A model generated the notes under the pieces. It made no database searches. It saw only the letters and a list, made by a program, of their open reading frames with translations, and was not told the origin of the DNA. Made by a program: the position numbers and the translations under genes. From assembly GCA_965206645.1 (NCBI GenBank), contig CBDBKE010000004.1, positions 992,001 through 1,056,000 of the forward strand: a stretch of DNA of 64,000 nt, given 5' to 3'. This document shows positions 1 through 10,876 of this stretch, one piece after another. Origin of the DNA: Terriglobia bacterium. GTDB lineage: Bacteria; Acidobacteriota; Terriglobia; JAJPHL01; JAPKYU01. Numbering within the stretch: position 1 is the first letter of the stretch; each line of letters begins with the position of its first letter.

Positions 1-1465
1 GAATTTTGACCACTCCCTGGGCCGACCGGCGCAGCGCCAAGGGGTCACTGGAACCGCTGGGCTTCAGGCCAACGGAAAAGCAACCGGCCAAGGTGTCCAG
101 CTTGTCGGCCAGAGCCACCAGCGCCCCGGCTGGTGTGCGGGGCGAGCGGTCCTCCATGCTCTGCGGCTTGTAGTGGTCGTAGATCGCGTCTGCGACTTCG
201 CCCGGCTCGCTCTGCGCTCGAGCGTAGAGACCGCCAACCAACCCCTGCAACTCAGTGAACTCTTTCACCAGCTCCGTGGTGAGGTCGCATTTAGCCAGCT
301 CGGCAGCTCGGACTGCAGCTTCCACGGGCGCCCGCGGCACGGAGTCCGACAGCCTCTTCACGAGCGCCATGTTGCGTTCCGTCTTCTGCCGGTAGTTGCC
401 CAATTGCGACTGAAAGGTGACGTGTTCCAGCAGCGCCAGACGGTCCCGCAGCGGAATCTTCTGGTCTGTTTCCCAGAAGAACCGCGCGTCATTGAAGCGC
501 GCGCGCAGCACGCGTTCATTGCCGTGGCGAATGACGCCACTCGGGTCACTGTCCAGGTTCATCACGAAGATGAACCGCGGCGCCAGCCGCCCTTTAGCAT
601 CCGAGACTGATAGGTACTTCTGGTGGTGCTGCATCACCGTCACCAGCACCTCCTCCGGCAACTCCAGGTAAGCGGCGTCAAATTGGCCTATCGCTGCCGT
701 GGGAAATTCGGTCAGGTGCACCAGTGTATCCAACAGCTCCGGATTGTCGCGGAGCCGCAAGCCGTCACTCTGGCGCTGCAATAAGACATTGGCCTCAGCC
801 AGGATTTTTGCGCGGCGCTCGGACGGCTTCAGAAGCACGCCGTTCTCTCGGAGCACACGCGCGTATTGTTCAAAGCCGGTTACTTTCAGCCTGCCCTTCC
901 CTATCGCTCGATGGCCGAACGTGTAGCGGCTGCTGGCTACCCCGGCCATCTCAAAGGGCACGACGCGGCCCTCGTAGAGCGCCAGCAGCCAGCGGAGGGG
1001 CCGCACAAAACGTTCTCGCTCTGGTCTCCAGTACATCGCCTTAGCAAAGCGAATGCTGAGAATACCGTGCGGGAGCTGTTTTGCGAGGATGTCCTTGATT
1101 TTCTCTCCCTTTTTTTTCTTGCGAAGGACCCAATACTCACCCTTCGGTTGGCTCTCAAGTCGCAGCCTCTTCCGTGGCACAGCGTGCTTGCGCGCAAAAC
1201 CCTCGACAGCCTGATCCGGGGCGCTTTTTGGAGGCCCTATGAGAAGCTCCACGGTATCGGGCTGCTGAGATGGAAGGGCCGGCACATGAGCCACGAGGCG
1301 GCGAGGGGTGGCGTAGGTGTCAATTGGCAGCGACTCATCGAAAGGGAGATTGGTTGAGAAGAAGAGGGCCCTGAGCCAGTTGCGAAGGTCGAAAAGAGCA
1401 CCCTCAATCATCCAGGCTGGTATTTCTTCGGTGCCGATTTCCAGGAGGAATTCGCTAGTCGGCAA
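1..1465 (-). CDS. glyS: Glycyl-tRNA synthetase beta subunit (runs off left edge)
   Basis: Reverse strand from TTG at 1465 (RBS AGGAGG) reads [22 protein letters not shown]; later MQHHQKYL and [17 protein letters not shown] motifs; overlaps glyQ stop. Confidence 0.93.
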   Translation of the reverse strand, partial: MPTSEFLLEIGTEEIPAWMIEGALFDLRNWLRALFFSTNLPFDESLPIDTYATPRRLVAHVPALPSQQPDTVELLIGPPKSAPDQAVEGFARKHAVPRKRLRLESQPKGEYWVLRKKKKGEKIKDILAKQLPHGILSIRFAKAMYWRPERERFVRPLRWLLALYEGRVVPFEMAGVASSRYTFGHRAIGKGRLKVTGFEQYARVLRENGVLLKPSERRAKILAEANVLLQRQSDGLRLRDNPELLDTLVHLTEFPTAAIGQFDAAYLELPEEVLVTVMQHHQKYLSVSDAKGRLAPRFIFVMNLDSDPSGVIRHGNERVLRARFNDARFFWETDQKIPLRDRLALLEHVTFQSQLGNYRQKTERNMALVKRLSDSVPRAPVEAAVRAAELAKCDLTTELVKEFTELQGLVGGLYARAQSEPGEVADAIYDHYKPQSMEDRSPRTPAGALVALADKLDTLAGCFSVGLKPSGSSDPLALRRSAQGVVKI

Positions 1466-2432
1466 CGGTCCCGGCCTCCTTGGGAATCCCGGCGCTGTCG
1501 GCAGCATCCTGCTGCTGGACCGGTGGCTCGGTTGCACGCTGCCCCACCCAGGCCCGGGCTACCCCAACCGCCAGCTCGCGCACGCGGCCGATGACGGCCA
1601 CCCGCTCGGTCACGCTGATGGCCCCGCGCGAGTCCAGCAGGTTGAACAGGTGCGAGCACTTCAGCACCAGGTCGTAGGCGGCCAGCACGGGGAAGCGGCG
1701 CTTCTCGGCTGGGTCTCGCGCGCCCTCATGTTCGCGCAGAAGGCGGTGGCATTCGTTCTCGTGCAGTGCGAACGCCTGCCAGAGCGAGCCGATGTCGGCC
1801 TTCTCGAAGTTATATACGGAAAACTGCAGTTCCTCGGCGTGGCGCACGTCGCGATAGGTGTAGACCTGCCCACCGCGGGCCGGCGCGTTCCAGGCGATGT
1901 CATAGACGCTGTCCACGTCCTGCAGAAAGGCGGCGATGCGCTCCAGCCCGTAGGTCAGCTCCACCGGCACCGGGTCCAGGTCGAAGCCGCCGCATTGCTG
2001 GAAGTAGGTGAACTGGGTGATTTCCAGACCGTCCAGCATCACCTGCCAGCCAATGCCCCAGGCCCCCAGGGTGGGCGCCTCCCAGTTGTCCTCTTCGAAC
2101 TTGATGTCGTGATGCCGCAGGTGAATGCCGATGCGCTCCAAGCTCTTCAGGTACAGGTCCTGGACGTCGGGCGGAGTTGGCTTCAGGACCACCTGAAGCT
2201 GCAAGTGCTTGTAGAGGCGGTTGGGGTTGTCGCCGTAGCGCCCGTCTGCAGGCCGCCGGCTCGGCTGCACGTAGGCCACCCGGTAGGGCTCCGGACCCAG
2301 CACCCGCAGGAAGGTCTCCGGGCACATCGTGCCAGCGCCGACCTCCACGTCGTAAGGCGTCTGGATGATGCACCCTTGATCGGCCCAGAATTTTTGGAGC
2401 TGGAAGATCAGGTCCTGGAAACTCAAGCTCAT
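1455..2432 (-). CDS. glyQ: Glycyl-tRNA synthetase alpha subunit
   Basis: [47 protein letters not shown] motifs. Confidence 0.97.
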   Translation of the reverse strand: MSLSFQDLIFQLQKFWADQGCIIQTPYDVEVGAGTMCPETFLRVLGPEPYRVAYVQPSRRPADGRYGDNPNRLYKHLQLQVVLKPTPPDVQDLYLKSLERIGIHLRHHDIKFEEDNWEAPTLGAWGIGWQVMLDGLEITQFTYFQQCGGFDLDPVPVELTYGLERIAAFLQDVDSVYDIAWNAPARGGQVYTYRDVRHAEELQFSVYNFEKADIGSLWQAFALHENECHRLLREHEGARDPAEKRRFPVLAAYDLVLKCSHLFNLLDSRGAISVTERVAVIGRVRELAVGVARAWVGQRATEPPVQQQDAADSAGIPKEAGTVAD

Positions 2433-2537
2433 TGGTTGAGTGATGATTGTCCCATTGAAGGTTGATTCATTGCCGACTGAACGGCTCGGAACCAATCGGC
2501 CAATGGATCGATCGTCAAGAACCCAATCGTCAACGAT

Positions 2538-3293
2538 TCAATCAGAATCGTCAATCTTCTCGAGCGCGGCGCGGGTCACGAGCCTGCGCTCGACGTGAGC
2601 TTCGATGCGCTGCTCGAGGAAGTGGCGCAGGTCCGCGGCCACTCCCTTGTGCCAGTTGCTGGGGCCCAGTCGGTCCAGCGACACCCGCAACATCTTCCTG
2701 GCCAGCGCACGCGAGGCCGGGGCCAGCTCTTGCGCCCCGCCGGGCCGGCAGGCCGCGCAGTGCAGGCCCGGCGAGTAAGCCTGGAAAAAGGCAGCCGCGC
2801 CAGGCTCCAGTTCTGCCCCGCAACCGGTGCAGCGTTCCAAGGAGGGCAGCAGCCCGGCCAGCCGCACCACCCACAGGTCGTAGTACGTTAACGCCGGCCA
2901 GATCTGTCCCGTGAGCCGCAGACTTTCCAGCGCCACCAGCAGCAAGCGAAACAGCGCATCGTTGGGCTCACGCTCCGGCAGCAGTTGCTCGCAAACTTCT
3001 GCCAGGTAGCTGCAGGCCACCGCGGCGGCGTAGTCCTTCTGGATCTCGAAGTAGGAGCGGATCAGCTCGCAGGAGTCAATGTTGACTAGCTCGCTCGTCT
3101 CTCGCTCGAAGTACCAGAGGCGGACGTGCGACAGCGGCTCCAGCCCCGTCCCGAAGCGGCTGCGAAGCCGCCGTGACCGGGGCGCCACCCCCCGAGTCTT
3201 GCCGTAAGTGCGGGAAAAAAAGCTGACGATCTTGTCAGCCTCCTTCAGGGGATAGGTCCGCAGAATAATCGCTTCGGTTTCCCTGGCCGGCAT
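2538..3293 (-). CDS. recO: DNA repair protein RecO
   Basis: EAIILRTYPLKEADKIVSFFS N-terminus, CxxC...CxxC zinc finger, recO-glyQS synteny. Confidence 0.95.
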   Translation of the reverse strand: MPARETEAIILRTYPLKEADKIVSFFSRTYGKTRGVAPRSRRLRSRFGTGLEPLSHVRLWYFERETSELVNIDSCELIRSYFEIQKDYAAAVACSYLAEVCEQLLPEREPNDALFRLLLVALESLRLTGQIWPALTYYDLWVVRLAGLLPSLERCTGCGAELEPGAAAFFQAYSPGLHCAACRPGGAQELAPASRALARKMLRVSLDRLGPSNWHKGVAADLRHFLEQRIEAHVERRLVTRAALEKIDDSD

Positions 3294-3450
3294 GGCGCCT
3301 GTGGCGCTTCTTCGACCGCCGCCCGCACAGCGCGGCGCCAACAGCCGAAGCTACCACATGGCTTCCGGCAAACGCAACCCGCGGCGGCAGATGCGCGAAC
3401 TCAAGCTGGTACCCCTGGCCTGCGCTCGGCTGTTGGCGCCGCAACCCGCG

Positions 3451-3459
3451 TGGTACAAT
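3451..3459 (+). promoter_or_regulatory. Extended -10 promoter (TGgTACAAT)
   Basis: TGGTACAAT about 20 bp upstream of the ATG at 3480. Confidence 0.45.
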
Positions 3460-3479
3460 CATCGCTCGCACAGGAGAAG

Positions 3480-4427
3480 ATGAAGCCCAACTCCCACTTT
3501 GATCTGGTTGGCATGGGTGCCAATGCCACCGACACCGTCATCATCGTTCCTCACTACCCGGAATACAACACCAAGATGGCTTATTTAGAAGAGCGGACGG
3601 AAGCCGGAGGGAACGTAGCGACGGCCGTGATCGCCTGCCAGAAGCTCGGCAAGCACTGCAAGTACATCGGGGTTGTGGGGGATGACGAGCGAGCGCGGTT
3701 CCAGATCGAAAGCCTTCGATGCACCGGGGTAGACATCAGCGACGTGCAGGAGATATCGGGCTGCCCCAACCAGAGTGCCTACATCCTGATTGACCGGCGC
3801 ACGGGCGAGCGCACCGTGTTGTGGTACCGGCACCCGCGGCTGGTCTTGCAGCCGGAAATGCTGTCGCGCGAGCAGGTCTGCGCGGGACGCATGCTGCACG
3901 TGGACGGCCATGATGTGGGCTCCACATCGCTGGCCGCGTCCTGGGCGCAACAAGCCAGCATCCCTGTCACCTGCGACATGGACACCCTGCGCGACGACGT
4001 GGACCGGCTGCTCCAGCACGTGGACTATTTCATATGTTCCGCCATCTTTCCCAAGCGTTACACCGGGGAGCACGACCCCTTTAAGGCCCTGGAAATCCTG
4101 CGCGGGGAGTTTCAGATGCAGGTGGCGGCCATGACGCTGGGCGCCGACGGCGTGCTGGCCTTGTCCGAGTCCGGCTACCTCTATCGCCCCGCCTATGAAG
4201 TGGACCCCGTGGATACCACCGGGGCCGGCGACGTCTTTCACGGCGCCTTCTGCTACGCTCTGCTGGAAGGTTGGCCGCTGGAGCAGGCGTTGGATTTCTC
4301 TTGCGCCGTGGCGTCGTTGAGTTGCACCAAATTTGGAGCTCGCGGCGGCATTCCTGCTCTGTCCGAGGCGCTGGCTCTGATGCAGGGCGCTCCCCGCAAG
4401 GCCAACCACGAATACATGGTCCGATGA
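3480..4427 (+). CDS. PfkB family carbohydrate kinase
   Basis: GG..ATA N-terminal motif and VDTTGAGDVFHG signature. Confidence 0.93.
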   Translation: MKPNSHFDLVGMGANATDTVIIVPHYPEYNTKMAYLEERTEAGGNVATAVIACQKLGKHCKYIGVVGDDERARFQIESLRCTGVDISDVQEISGCPNQSAYILIDRRTGERTVLWYRHPRLVLQPEMLSREQVCAGRMLHVDGHDVGSTSLAASWAQQASIPVTCDMDTLRDDVDRLLQHVDYFICSAIFPKRYTGEHDPFKALEILRGEFQMQVAAMTLGADGVLALSESGYLYRPAYEVDPVDTTGAGDVFHGAFCYALLEGWPLEQALDFSCAVASLSCTKFGARGGIPALSEALALMQGAPRKANHEYMVR

Positions 4428-5128
4428 TCCCACTGCGCGACAACGCGCCCCGCTACTCGGCGCCGTTCATCACCGTGGGCCTCATCGTGGTCAACGTGCT
4501 GGTTTTCGTCTACCAGTGGCGGTTGGATCCCTTCAGCCTGGAGTACTTCTTCGCCCAGAACGGAGTAGTGCCCCTGCAGTTTGGGCGGTTTATGGCAGAC
4601 CCAGCGGTGCCGACGGCCCAGGGGGCCATTCCGCCGCTGCTGACTTCCATGTTTCTGCACGCCGGGGTTCTGCACCTGCTCGGCAACATGTGGTTCCTGT
4701 GGATCTTCGGCGACAACTTGGAAGACCAACTAGGCCACTTCCGCTACCTGGCCTTCTACCTGGCCTGCGGGTTGGTGGCCAGCCTGGCGCACATTTTCGC
4801 CAACCCGTCGTCGCAGATTCCCAGCGTGGGTGCCAGCGGCGCCATTGCCGGAGTCATGGGTGCCTACATGGTACTGTTCCCCGGCGCACGGGTGCTCACG
4901 CTGATCCCCTTTTTCCTGATCTTCATCAGGGAGTTGCCCGCGTGGGTCATTCTGCTCTACTGGATCGTAATCCAGGTCGTTTCCGGCCTGACCACCCTAG
5001 GCACAGCCGTTGCTTTGAATCAGGGCGGCGTAGCATGGTGGGCGCACGTGGGCGGCTTTTTCGCCGGCCTGGCGCTTGTCAAGGTCGTGGGTCGCCGGCG
5101 CCAAGTGCGGCGCTACACCGAGTGGTGA
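4424..5128 (+). CDS. Rhomboid intramembrane serine protease
   Basis: HLLGNMWFL, GASG catalytic Ser, AHVGGF catalytic His; ATGA overlap with upstream gene. Confidence 0.95.
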   Translation: MIPLRDNAPRYSAPFITVGLIVVNVLVFVYQWRLDPFSLEYFFAQNGVVPLQFGRFMADPAVPTAQGAIPPLLTSMFLHAGVLHLLGNMWFLWIFGDNLEDQLGHFRYLAFYLACGLVASLAHIFANPSSQIPSVGASGAIAGVMGAYMVLFPGARVLTLIPFFLIFIRELPAWVILLYWIVIQVVSGLTTLGTAVALNQGGVAWWAHVGGFFAGLALVKVVGRRRQVRRYTEW

Positions 5129-5424
5129 GCCCTGAAGAGTCCCGAGGTCCAAAGTCCACGGTCGCGGGCAAAGGAGTGGAGCCGCACGGGCTGGAGGTGA
5201 CCCTCTACACGCGCCAGGGATGCCACCTCTGCGAAGAGGTCAAGCAGGTGATTGACGGCTTAAGAGAGGTAGCGGAATTTCGCCTGAAAATCTTGGATAT
5301 TGATCTGAACCACGAACTACAAGCCAGGTTCACCAACGAGGTTCCAGTCATATTTATCAACGGACGGAAGGCCTTCAAGTACCGCGTTGAGCCCAGGCAG
5401 TTGCTGCGGCGCCTCAAGCATTAA
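5125..5424 (+). CDS. Glutaredoxin-like protein (DUF836)
   Basis: YTRQGCHLC CxxC motif and VPVIFING; start uncertain. Confidence 0.85.
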   Translation: MSPEESRGPKSTVAGKGVEPHGLEVTLYTRQGCHLCEEVKQVIDGLREVAEFRLKILDIDLNHELQARFTNEVPVIFINGRKAFKYRVEPRQLLRRLKH

Positions 5425-5528
5425 CTCCGGGCAAAACGCAGATGAGCGTAGCCGTGGTTTCCACGAACCTCCAGACCAACAAATCCGGATTTATCTGTGT
5501 TCATCCGTGGTAAATCATTCTGTCTGCG

Positions 5529-6248
5529 ATGACTGTTGACGCACTGTCAATTGCCGCCCACCGCGATGACACGGAGCAGACCTGCGGGGGCACGTTGCTG
5601 AAACTGTCCGAGGCGGGCTACCGCACGGGCATCCTGGACCTGACATCGGGCGAGATGGGTACCCGCGGCACCGTCGAGCAGCGGGCCCGCGAGGCACAGG
5701 AAGCGGCGCGCTTGCTGAGCGTTCACTGGCGCGACACTCTGGGCCTGCCTGACGCCCGCGTGGAAAACACCCATGAGAACCGCCTGAAGCTGGCGGCCAA
5801 GATCCGCCAGCTTCGCCCGCGGCTCGTGTTCCTCCCCTACTGGCAGGGGCGCCATCCCGACCATTACACCGCCAGCACGCTGGGCTATGAAGCCTGCTTT
5901 CTGGCCGGCCTGAAGAAGCTCGAACTGCAGGGAGAGCCTCACCGGCCACACAAGATTCTGTATTGCACGCTCTACTACGAAGTGCGGCCCTCGTTGGTGG
6001 TGGACATCACCAACCAGTTCGAGCGGCGTCTCCAGGCCCTGCTGGCTTACCACTCGCAGTACGACGACCAGGCCGAGGGGAAGGACCTGTTTCCCTCGCA
6101 AGACGAGTTGTGCCAGCGGGTCGAGGCTCTGGCCCGCTTCTACGGGATGATGGCGGGAGTGAAATACGGCGAGCCGTTCTTGCTGAAAGAAATGCTGCTG
6201 GTCGCCGACCCAATCACCGAACTCTGCCGCGGCCGCCCCTCGATTTAG
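5529..6248 (+). CDS. bshB1: PIG-L family deacetylase, bacillithiol BshB1-like
   Basis: AHRDDTE, DLTSGEMGTRGT, RHPDH motifs. Confidence 0.85.
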   Translation: MTVDALSIAAHRDDTEQTCGGTLLKLSEAGYRTGILDLTSGEMGTRGTVEQRAREAQEAARLLSVHWRDTLGLPDARVENTHENRLKLAAKIRQLRPRLVFLPYWQGRHPDHYTASTLGYEACFLAGLKKLELQGEPHRPHKILYCTLYYEVRPSLVVDITNQFERRLQALLAYHSQYDDQAEGKDLFPSQDELCQRVEALARFYGMMAGVKYGEPFLLKEMLLVADPITELCRGRPSI

Positions 6249-6317
6249 CAGGCTACCGACTGGCCGTGGACGATACGAACCGGACGAGGATCTTTCCGGG
6301 TGGTAAAGAAATTGAAG

Positions 6318-8215
6318 ATGCAGTGGGCGGTAGGGATGATCCGATTCCTTGGCTTGGCACTGCTGCTGTGGCCGCTGGCGCTGCGAGCGCAGAACGGGAT
6401 TGGGCTTCCGTTGATCCTGGGACGCTCGCCTGCCCTGCTGGCCCCTGCCGTGGACGGTTCGGGGCGTATGGTAGTGTTCGGCTCAACCGTAAGCCCGGAA
6501 GGCGCCAGGCTGCCCGTGATGGACCTGTACGCAGCCACGGTTCAGGGGACAGGACTGCGTAGGCTTACTGAGCTCCCGAGCGGGCGCCAGCCTCCTCAGG
6601 GCGCCACGGCCGTCTCGATTTCACCCGATGGCGCTCAAGCTACCTTTACCGCGTTGCTGCCCTCCGGTGAGCAGCTGCATGTGGTCGAGATGGCCACCGG
6701 CACCGATCGTATCGTGGTCGTGACACCGAGGGCTGCATCCAGCCCCTACAGGTGGGTTGTCTCAACTGCTTTTTCGCCTGCCTGGACAGCCCGCACATCT
6801 CCCCCGACGGCTCCAAAGTGCTGTATTTGGCGCGGCGCCAGCAGCCCTTCTACTTGGTCAACGCGGACGGCAGCGGGCAGCTTCGTTTGCCGGTGTTCAG
6901 CGGCGCGCTGGCGCCCGCTCCGCAACGAGTGATCAGCGACAACGGGCTGGTGGTTTTCTCCAGCGCGGCCCCGTTCGGGCCGACCTTCGCACCCTCGGCC
7001 CGGGACGTTTATGTAATGAATCTAGACGGCAGCGGCATCCAGGCAGTGACCAGTTTCGGCAATGATGCTTCTGTGTTCACGCGCCACGCCACCATCAGCA
7101 CCGACAGTGCCTTCATCGCTTTTGAAAGCAACCGCGAATCAGAAACGGGCACCTCCACACAGACCACTCAGGTGTGGCTGGTGGGAGCCGACGGCATCGG
7201 CCTTCGCCTGCTCACTGACGGAAGCGAAGCCAGTCACTCCCCTTCCCTCTCGGGAGATGGCTCGCTGGTGGCTTTCGTGCGCAGCGGCCAGGTCTATATC
7301 GTTCGTTCCGACGGAACAGGCCTGCGGGCACTAACCAATTTGCAGATGTCGTCAGCCCGGCAGCCAGTGCTCAGCGAGGATGGCTCGCGAGTGGTTTTCA
7401 CCTTGGGACTCCGGAACGGCGGGCCGGGCGCCATCTACTCGATCCACACCGATGGCAGCGACCTGCTCCCGGTCTATGCGCCACCTGCTCTGAACCCCAA
7501 TGGCATTACGGGCGTGGTAGCTGGCGCCCGGCCGTCACCCGGCTCCCTGATCAGCGCCTATGGGCTCAACCTTGCGCCCGATGCCCTAGCCCTAGCGGAC
7601 GGTTTCCCCCTGCCCGAATCGCTGGCCGGCGTTTCGCTCCTGGTGAACGGGCGACCCACCCCGTTGCTGGCCGTCACACCCTGGCAGCTGAACGCGCAAC
7701 TATCGCCGGAGATTCTCAAGGGGCCCGCCGCCTTCCAGCTCCGCTTTGCCGATGGCACGCTGGCGGCTGCGACCGCCGTCGCAGTCACAACGTTCGCTCC
7801 CGCCATCTTCATCCTCCCCTCGGAAACCCCGGAAAACGGCGGCACTGTGAGGCCGACCAGGGCGCAGGCGGCAGCGTTCCACGCTGGCACCTCTGTGCCT
7901 GCCAACCCGGACCACCCAGCGGTAGCCGGCGAGTCACTGGAGATTTATGGGATCGGGTTGGGCCCTACCGATCCATTTGTCCCGGCGGGCATCCCCGCGC
8001 CGGCCTCTCCTCCGGCACGGGTGCTGGTACCGCCGGAAATATTCATGGGGGAGCTCCGGGCAGAGGTAACATTCGCCGGTCTGGCGCCGGGTGTGGCCGG
8101 CATCTATCAGGTCAACGCCATCGTGCCCGCCGGGCTGCGGCCTGGCCAGCATCTGGTGCGCTGGCGCGTCGGCGGTGTCAGCAGCTTCGGCTTCGCCACA
8201 ATTACCGTCCGCTAG
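6318..8215 (+). pseudogene. TolB/PD40 beta-propeller plus TIGR03437-like C-terminal domain protein, split by a frameshift near 6721
   Basis: ORFs 6300-6932 and 6752-8215 join if one G is added (GTG GAC ACC GAG GGC TGC); SPDG repeats; FAGLAPGVAGIYQVN motif; may be a sequencing error. Confidence 0.75.
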
Positions 8216-8327
8216 CAGCTGGGCGTTCACTTCTTAGCTATTTAACTATGGCTGATTGCGGCAGATTGCCGAGAGGCTCAGGGGGTCGCTCCCTCACGGT
8301 GGCGGCCGGGCAAGTCGGAGCAGCCCG

Positions 8328-8543
8328 TTAGAAGTCCGCGCTTTCCTGCGTGTAGGTGAATCCTTTCAAACCGGCGCCTTCCCCGCTCTTGTCCACTTTG
8401 ATCCGGAGCACCTCGTCGCCGTTGACACCCCGCAGCATGGCGTAGGTAGAAAAGGCTTCCGAGTAGAGCTTCGTAACCAGGTAATTGTCCCCGGTGGCGT
8501 CCTTTTTCCAAACCTGCCCAAGAAGTATGTTGCTGACGGCCAT
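8328..8543 (-). CDS. Small hypothetical protein (71 aa)
   Basis: Strong RBS GGAGGAGG, protein-like composition. Confidence 0.75.
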   Translation of the reverse strand: MAVSNILLGQVWKKDATGDNYLVTKLYSEAFSTYAMLRGVNGDEVLRIKVDKSGEGAGLKGFTYTQESADF

Positions 8544-8723
8544 CAGTTCCCTCCTCCCGGAATTGGGCGAATAGTCTACTACAGTTCAGCAAGGCAGTGG
8601 GAGAGGCACAGCGCGCTTCGGGTGCAGGCGATCCCCCAGCCGGCGGTTTTCTTTAGCGGGGTGCCGAAAACCCCGCACGTCATTCCGAGGACCGATGCCC
8701 TTTGTCGGCCCGCGGAATCTCTG

Positions 8724-9311
8724 TCAAAGCGCATACTTCAGAAGGATGAATCCACCAATCAACAGGACGGTAAACAGGACCGCCAGGATGTCAAAATATT
8801 TCTCTATGAAGGTTCGAATCGCCGGGCCAAATTTGCAGATCAGGGACGAGATAAGAAAGAATCTAGCTGCCCTGCTGAGCGCCGAAGCCACCAGAAACAC
8901 CTTGAAGTCGGCCCTCAGAAATCCTGCGGTCAGGGTGAACACCTTGTAGGGAATCGGGGTAAAGCCGGCGATGGCCACCGCCCAGGCCTCATACTGGATG
9001 AAGTACTTGCGGACGGCGTCGAAGCTCTCGGGGTTCACGTAGTGAAACAAGATGCCTTTGGCAAGCTCCCAAAACTGCCATCCCAGCAGGTATCCGAAAG
9101 CCCCACCCAACACGGAGCCCGCTGTGCAAATCAGGGCATAGCGGAACACCTTTCTCGGGAGCGCCAGCCCCAAAGCAATGAGCAGCACGTCGGGCGGGAT
9201 GGGCAAGAAGGAGGATTCGGCGAAGGCAACGAGAAACAGCGCGGGCGCGCCGTAGGGAGTTTCTGCCCAGTGCAAGACCCAGTCGTACAGTTTTCTTAGA
9301 AGGCGCATCAC
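8724..9311 (-). CDS. YqaA/DedA family membrane protein
   Basis: FAESSFLPIPPD and FTPIPYKVF motifs. Confidence 0.92.
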   Translation of the reverse strand: MMRLLRKLYDWVLHWAETPYGAPALFLVAFAESSFLPIPPDVLLIALGLALPRKVFRYALICTAGSVLGGAFGYLLGWQFWELAKGILFHYVNPESFDAVRKYFIQYEAWAVAIAGFTPIPYKVFTLTAGFLRADFKVFLVASALSRAARFFLISSLICKFGPAIRTFIEKYFDILAVLFTVLLIGGFILLKYAL

Positions 9312-9329
9312 CGTCCGCGATCATTCCTC

Positions 9330-9516
9330 AAGGCAGAGGCTGAGTCATCACATTGCGCGAGCGATGTTGGGATCAAGAGCCAAAGGCGGGGTCCTGTATA
9401 CCATACCCGCTCGGCCCGATGCACTTCGATGGGGAGCCCAGTTGCCCGAAGGGGTCCCCGGCCCAAAAGGCCCAGGCTGAAGTTGGCATCGTGGCCCTAA
9501 GTGACTGTTGGTGTTT
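9330..9516. ncRNA. Candidate rod-shaped structured RNA (6S-like)
   Basis: Nested pairings agtcat/gtgact, gcgatg/catcgt, agcc/ggct, ggggtcc/ggtcccc and a ggcc-caaaa-ggcc hairpin over about 185 nt; strand unresolved. Confidence 0.35.
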
Positions 9517-9625
9517 AAGTTAACCTCACGAACGTGACTTCCGGGCTGCTCCTGCCGAGTGAATCAGCGAAACTTTTACCCCCGGTACAGCGTTTAATGG
9601 ATATAGAGGCGCGGGCCGTCTCAAT

Positions 9626-9634
9626 TGGTATAAT
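9626..9634 (+). promoter_or_regulatory. Extended -10 promoter (TGgTATAAT)
   Basis: Consensus TGnTATAAT upstream of ATG 9663. Confidence 0.55.
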
Positions 9635-9662
9635 GTTATTGATAGCTTCAAGGAGCCGGTTT

Positions 9663-10664
9663 ATGAACCTTAAGCTGCTTTCTGTGTTGCTGGCGTTCGT
9701 CCTAGCTTTGCCGCTGCCCGCGGTCGCTGGCAAGAAGAACGACAAGAAAGACATCGAGAAGATCGGCGAACGCGACGTCGGCAAGGGTATGAACTGGTAC
9801 TCGTTGGAGAAGGAGATTGCCATCGGCAAGAGGCTGGCGCAGCAGGTGGAATCGCAGTCGCGCATCGTGAATGATCCGGTGGTCGCCGAGTACGTGAACC
9901 GGGTCGGGCAGAACCTCGTCCGCAATTCAGACGCCAAGGTGCCGTTCACCATTAAGGTGATCGACGCGGAAGAAATCAACGCCTTCGCACTGCCTGGCGG
10001 ATTCTTCTTCGTCAATTCGGGCCTGATCCTGGAAGCGGAGGAAGAGGCCGAACTGGCTGGGGTGATGGCCCATGAGATTGCGCACGTAGCCGCGCGGCAC
10101 GGAACTCGGCAAGCCACCCGCGGGCAGCTGGCCCAGTTTCTCACCCTCCCATTGATCTTCGTTGGGGGCGGCATCGGGTACGGAGCACGCGGGGCGGCCA
10201 GCCTTCTGGTCCCGCTGGGCTTCCTGAAGTTCTCGCGCAGCTTCGAGCGCGAGGCGGATTTTCTGGGGCTGCAGTACATGTACAAGACCGGCTACGATCC
10301 CCAGGGGTTTGTCACCTTCTTTGAGAAGATTCAGGCCAAGGAGAAGAAGCGCCCTGGCCTTCTGGCAAAGGCCTTCCGCTCCCACCCTCAGACGCCGGAT
10401 CGAATTGCCCGCACGCAGCAGCAGATGAGTGGGCTGCCGGACCGCGAAGAGCACCTGGTGACCACCTCGGAGTTTGACGAAGTCAGGTTGCGTTTGGAGG
10501 CAATCCACTACCGTCGCCGCCTGGAGGACCGCAAGAGCGACCGTCCCACCCTTCGCAAGTCCACTACCGCCGATACCCGTCCGGTAGACGAGAAGGGTAG
10601 GAAAGAAGACGAAGGCGAAGAGGACGACGAGGACCGGCCACCCAAGCTGAAGCGCCGCGACTAG
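9663..10664 (+). CDS. M48 family metalloprotease (BepA-like)
   Basis: Signal peptide, NAFALPGG, HEIAH, EREAD, SHP motifs. Confidence 0.93.
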   Translation: MNLKLLSVLLAFVLALPLPAVAGKKNDKKDIEKIGERDVGKGMNWYSLEKEIAIGKRLAQQVESQSRIVNDPVVAEYVNRVGQNLVRNSDAKVPFTIKVIDAEEINAFALPGGFFFVNSGLILEAEEEAELAGVMAHEIAHVAARHGTRQATRGQLAQFLTLPLIFVGGGIGYGARGAASLLVPLGFLKFSRSFEREADFLGLQYMYKTGYDPQGFVTFFEKIQAKEKKRPGLLAKAFRSHPQTPDRIARTQQQMSGLPDREEHLVTTSEFDEVRLRLEAIHYRRRLEDRKSDRPTLRKSTTADTRPVDEKGRKEDEGEEDDEDRPPKLKRRD

Positions 10665-10876
10665 GACCTCGGGGCCAAACTACGCGAAGCATCGCGTGCC
10701 CGCGTGAAGACAGGACATCGTGCCTGTCCCTTCCTTCCCAAGGCCAGTAAGAGCTAGGGCTCGCCCTGTTGGGGCCGGCTGGGAGGCCCCCCTCCACGCG
10801 GCTGCGCCCGGTTCGCTTTCTTGCGTTACGCGGTACCGGGATTTCTCCCGGGCGCCTGCGCAGTCGGGAAGACTGC

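Noticed and set aside
1317-2465. Long antisense ORFs (also 8256-9299, 12920-13996, 35617-36897, 41588-43078)
   Set aside because: Shadow frames of well-supported genes in GC-rich DNA; no motifs
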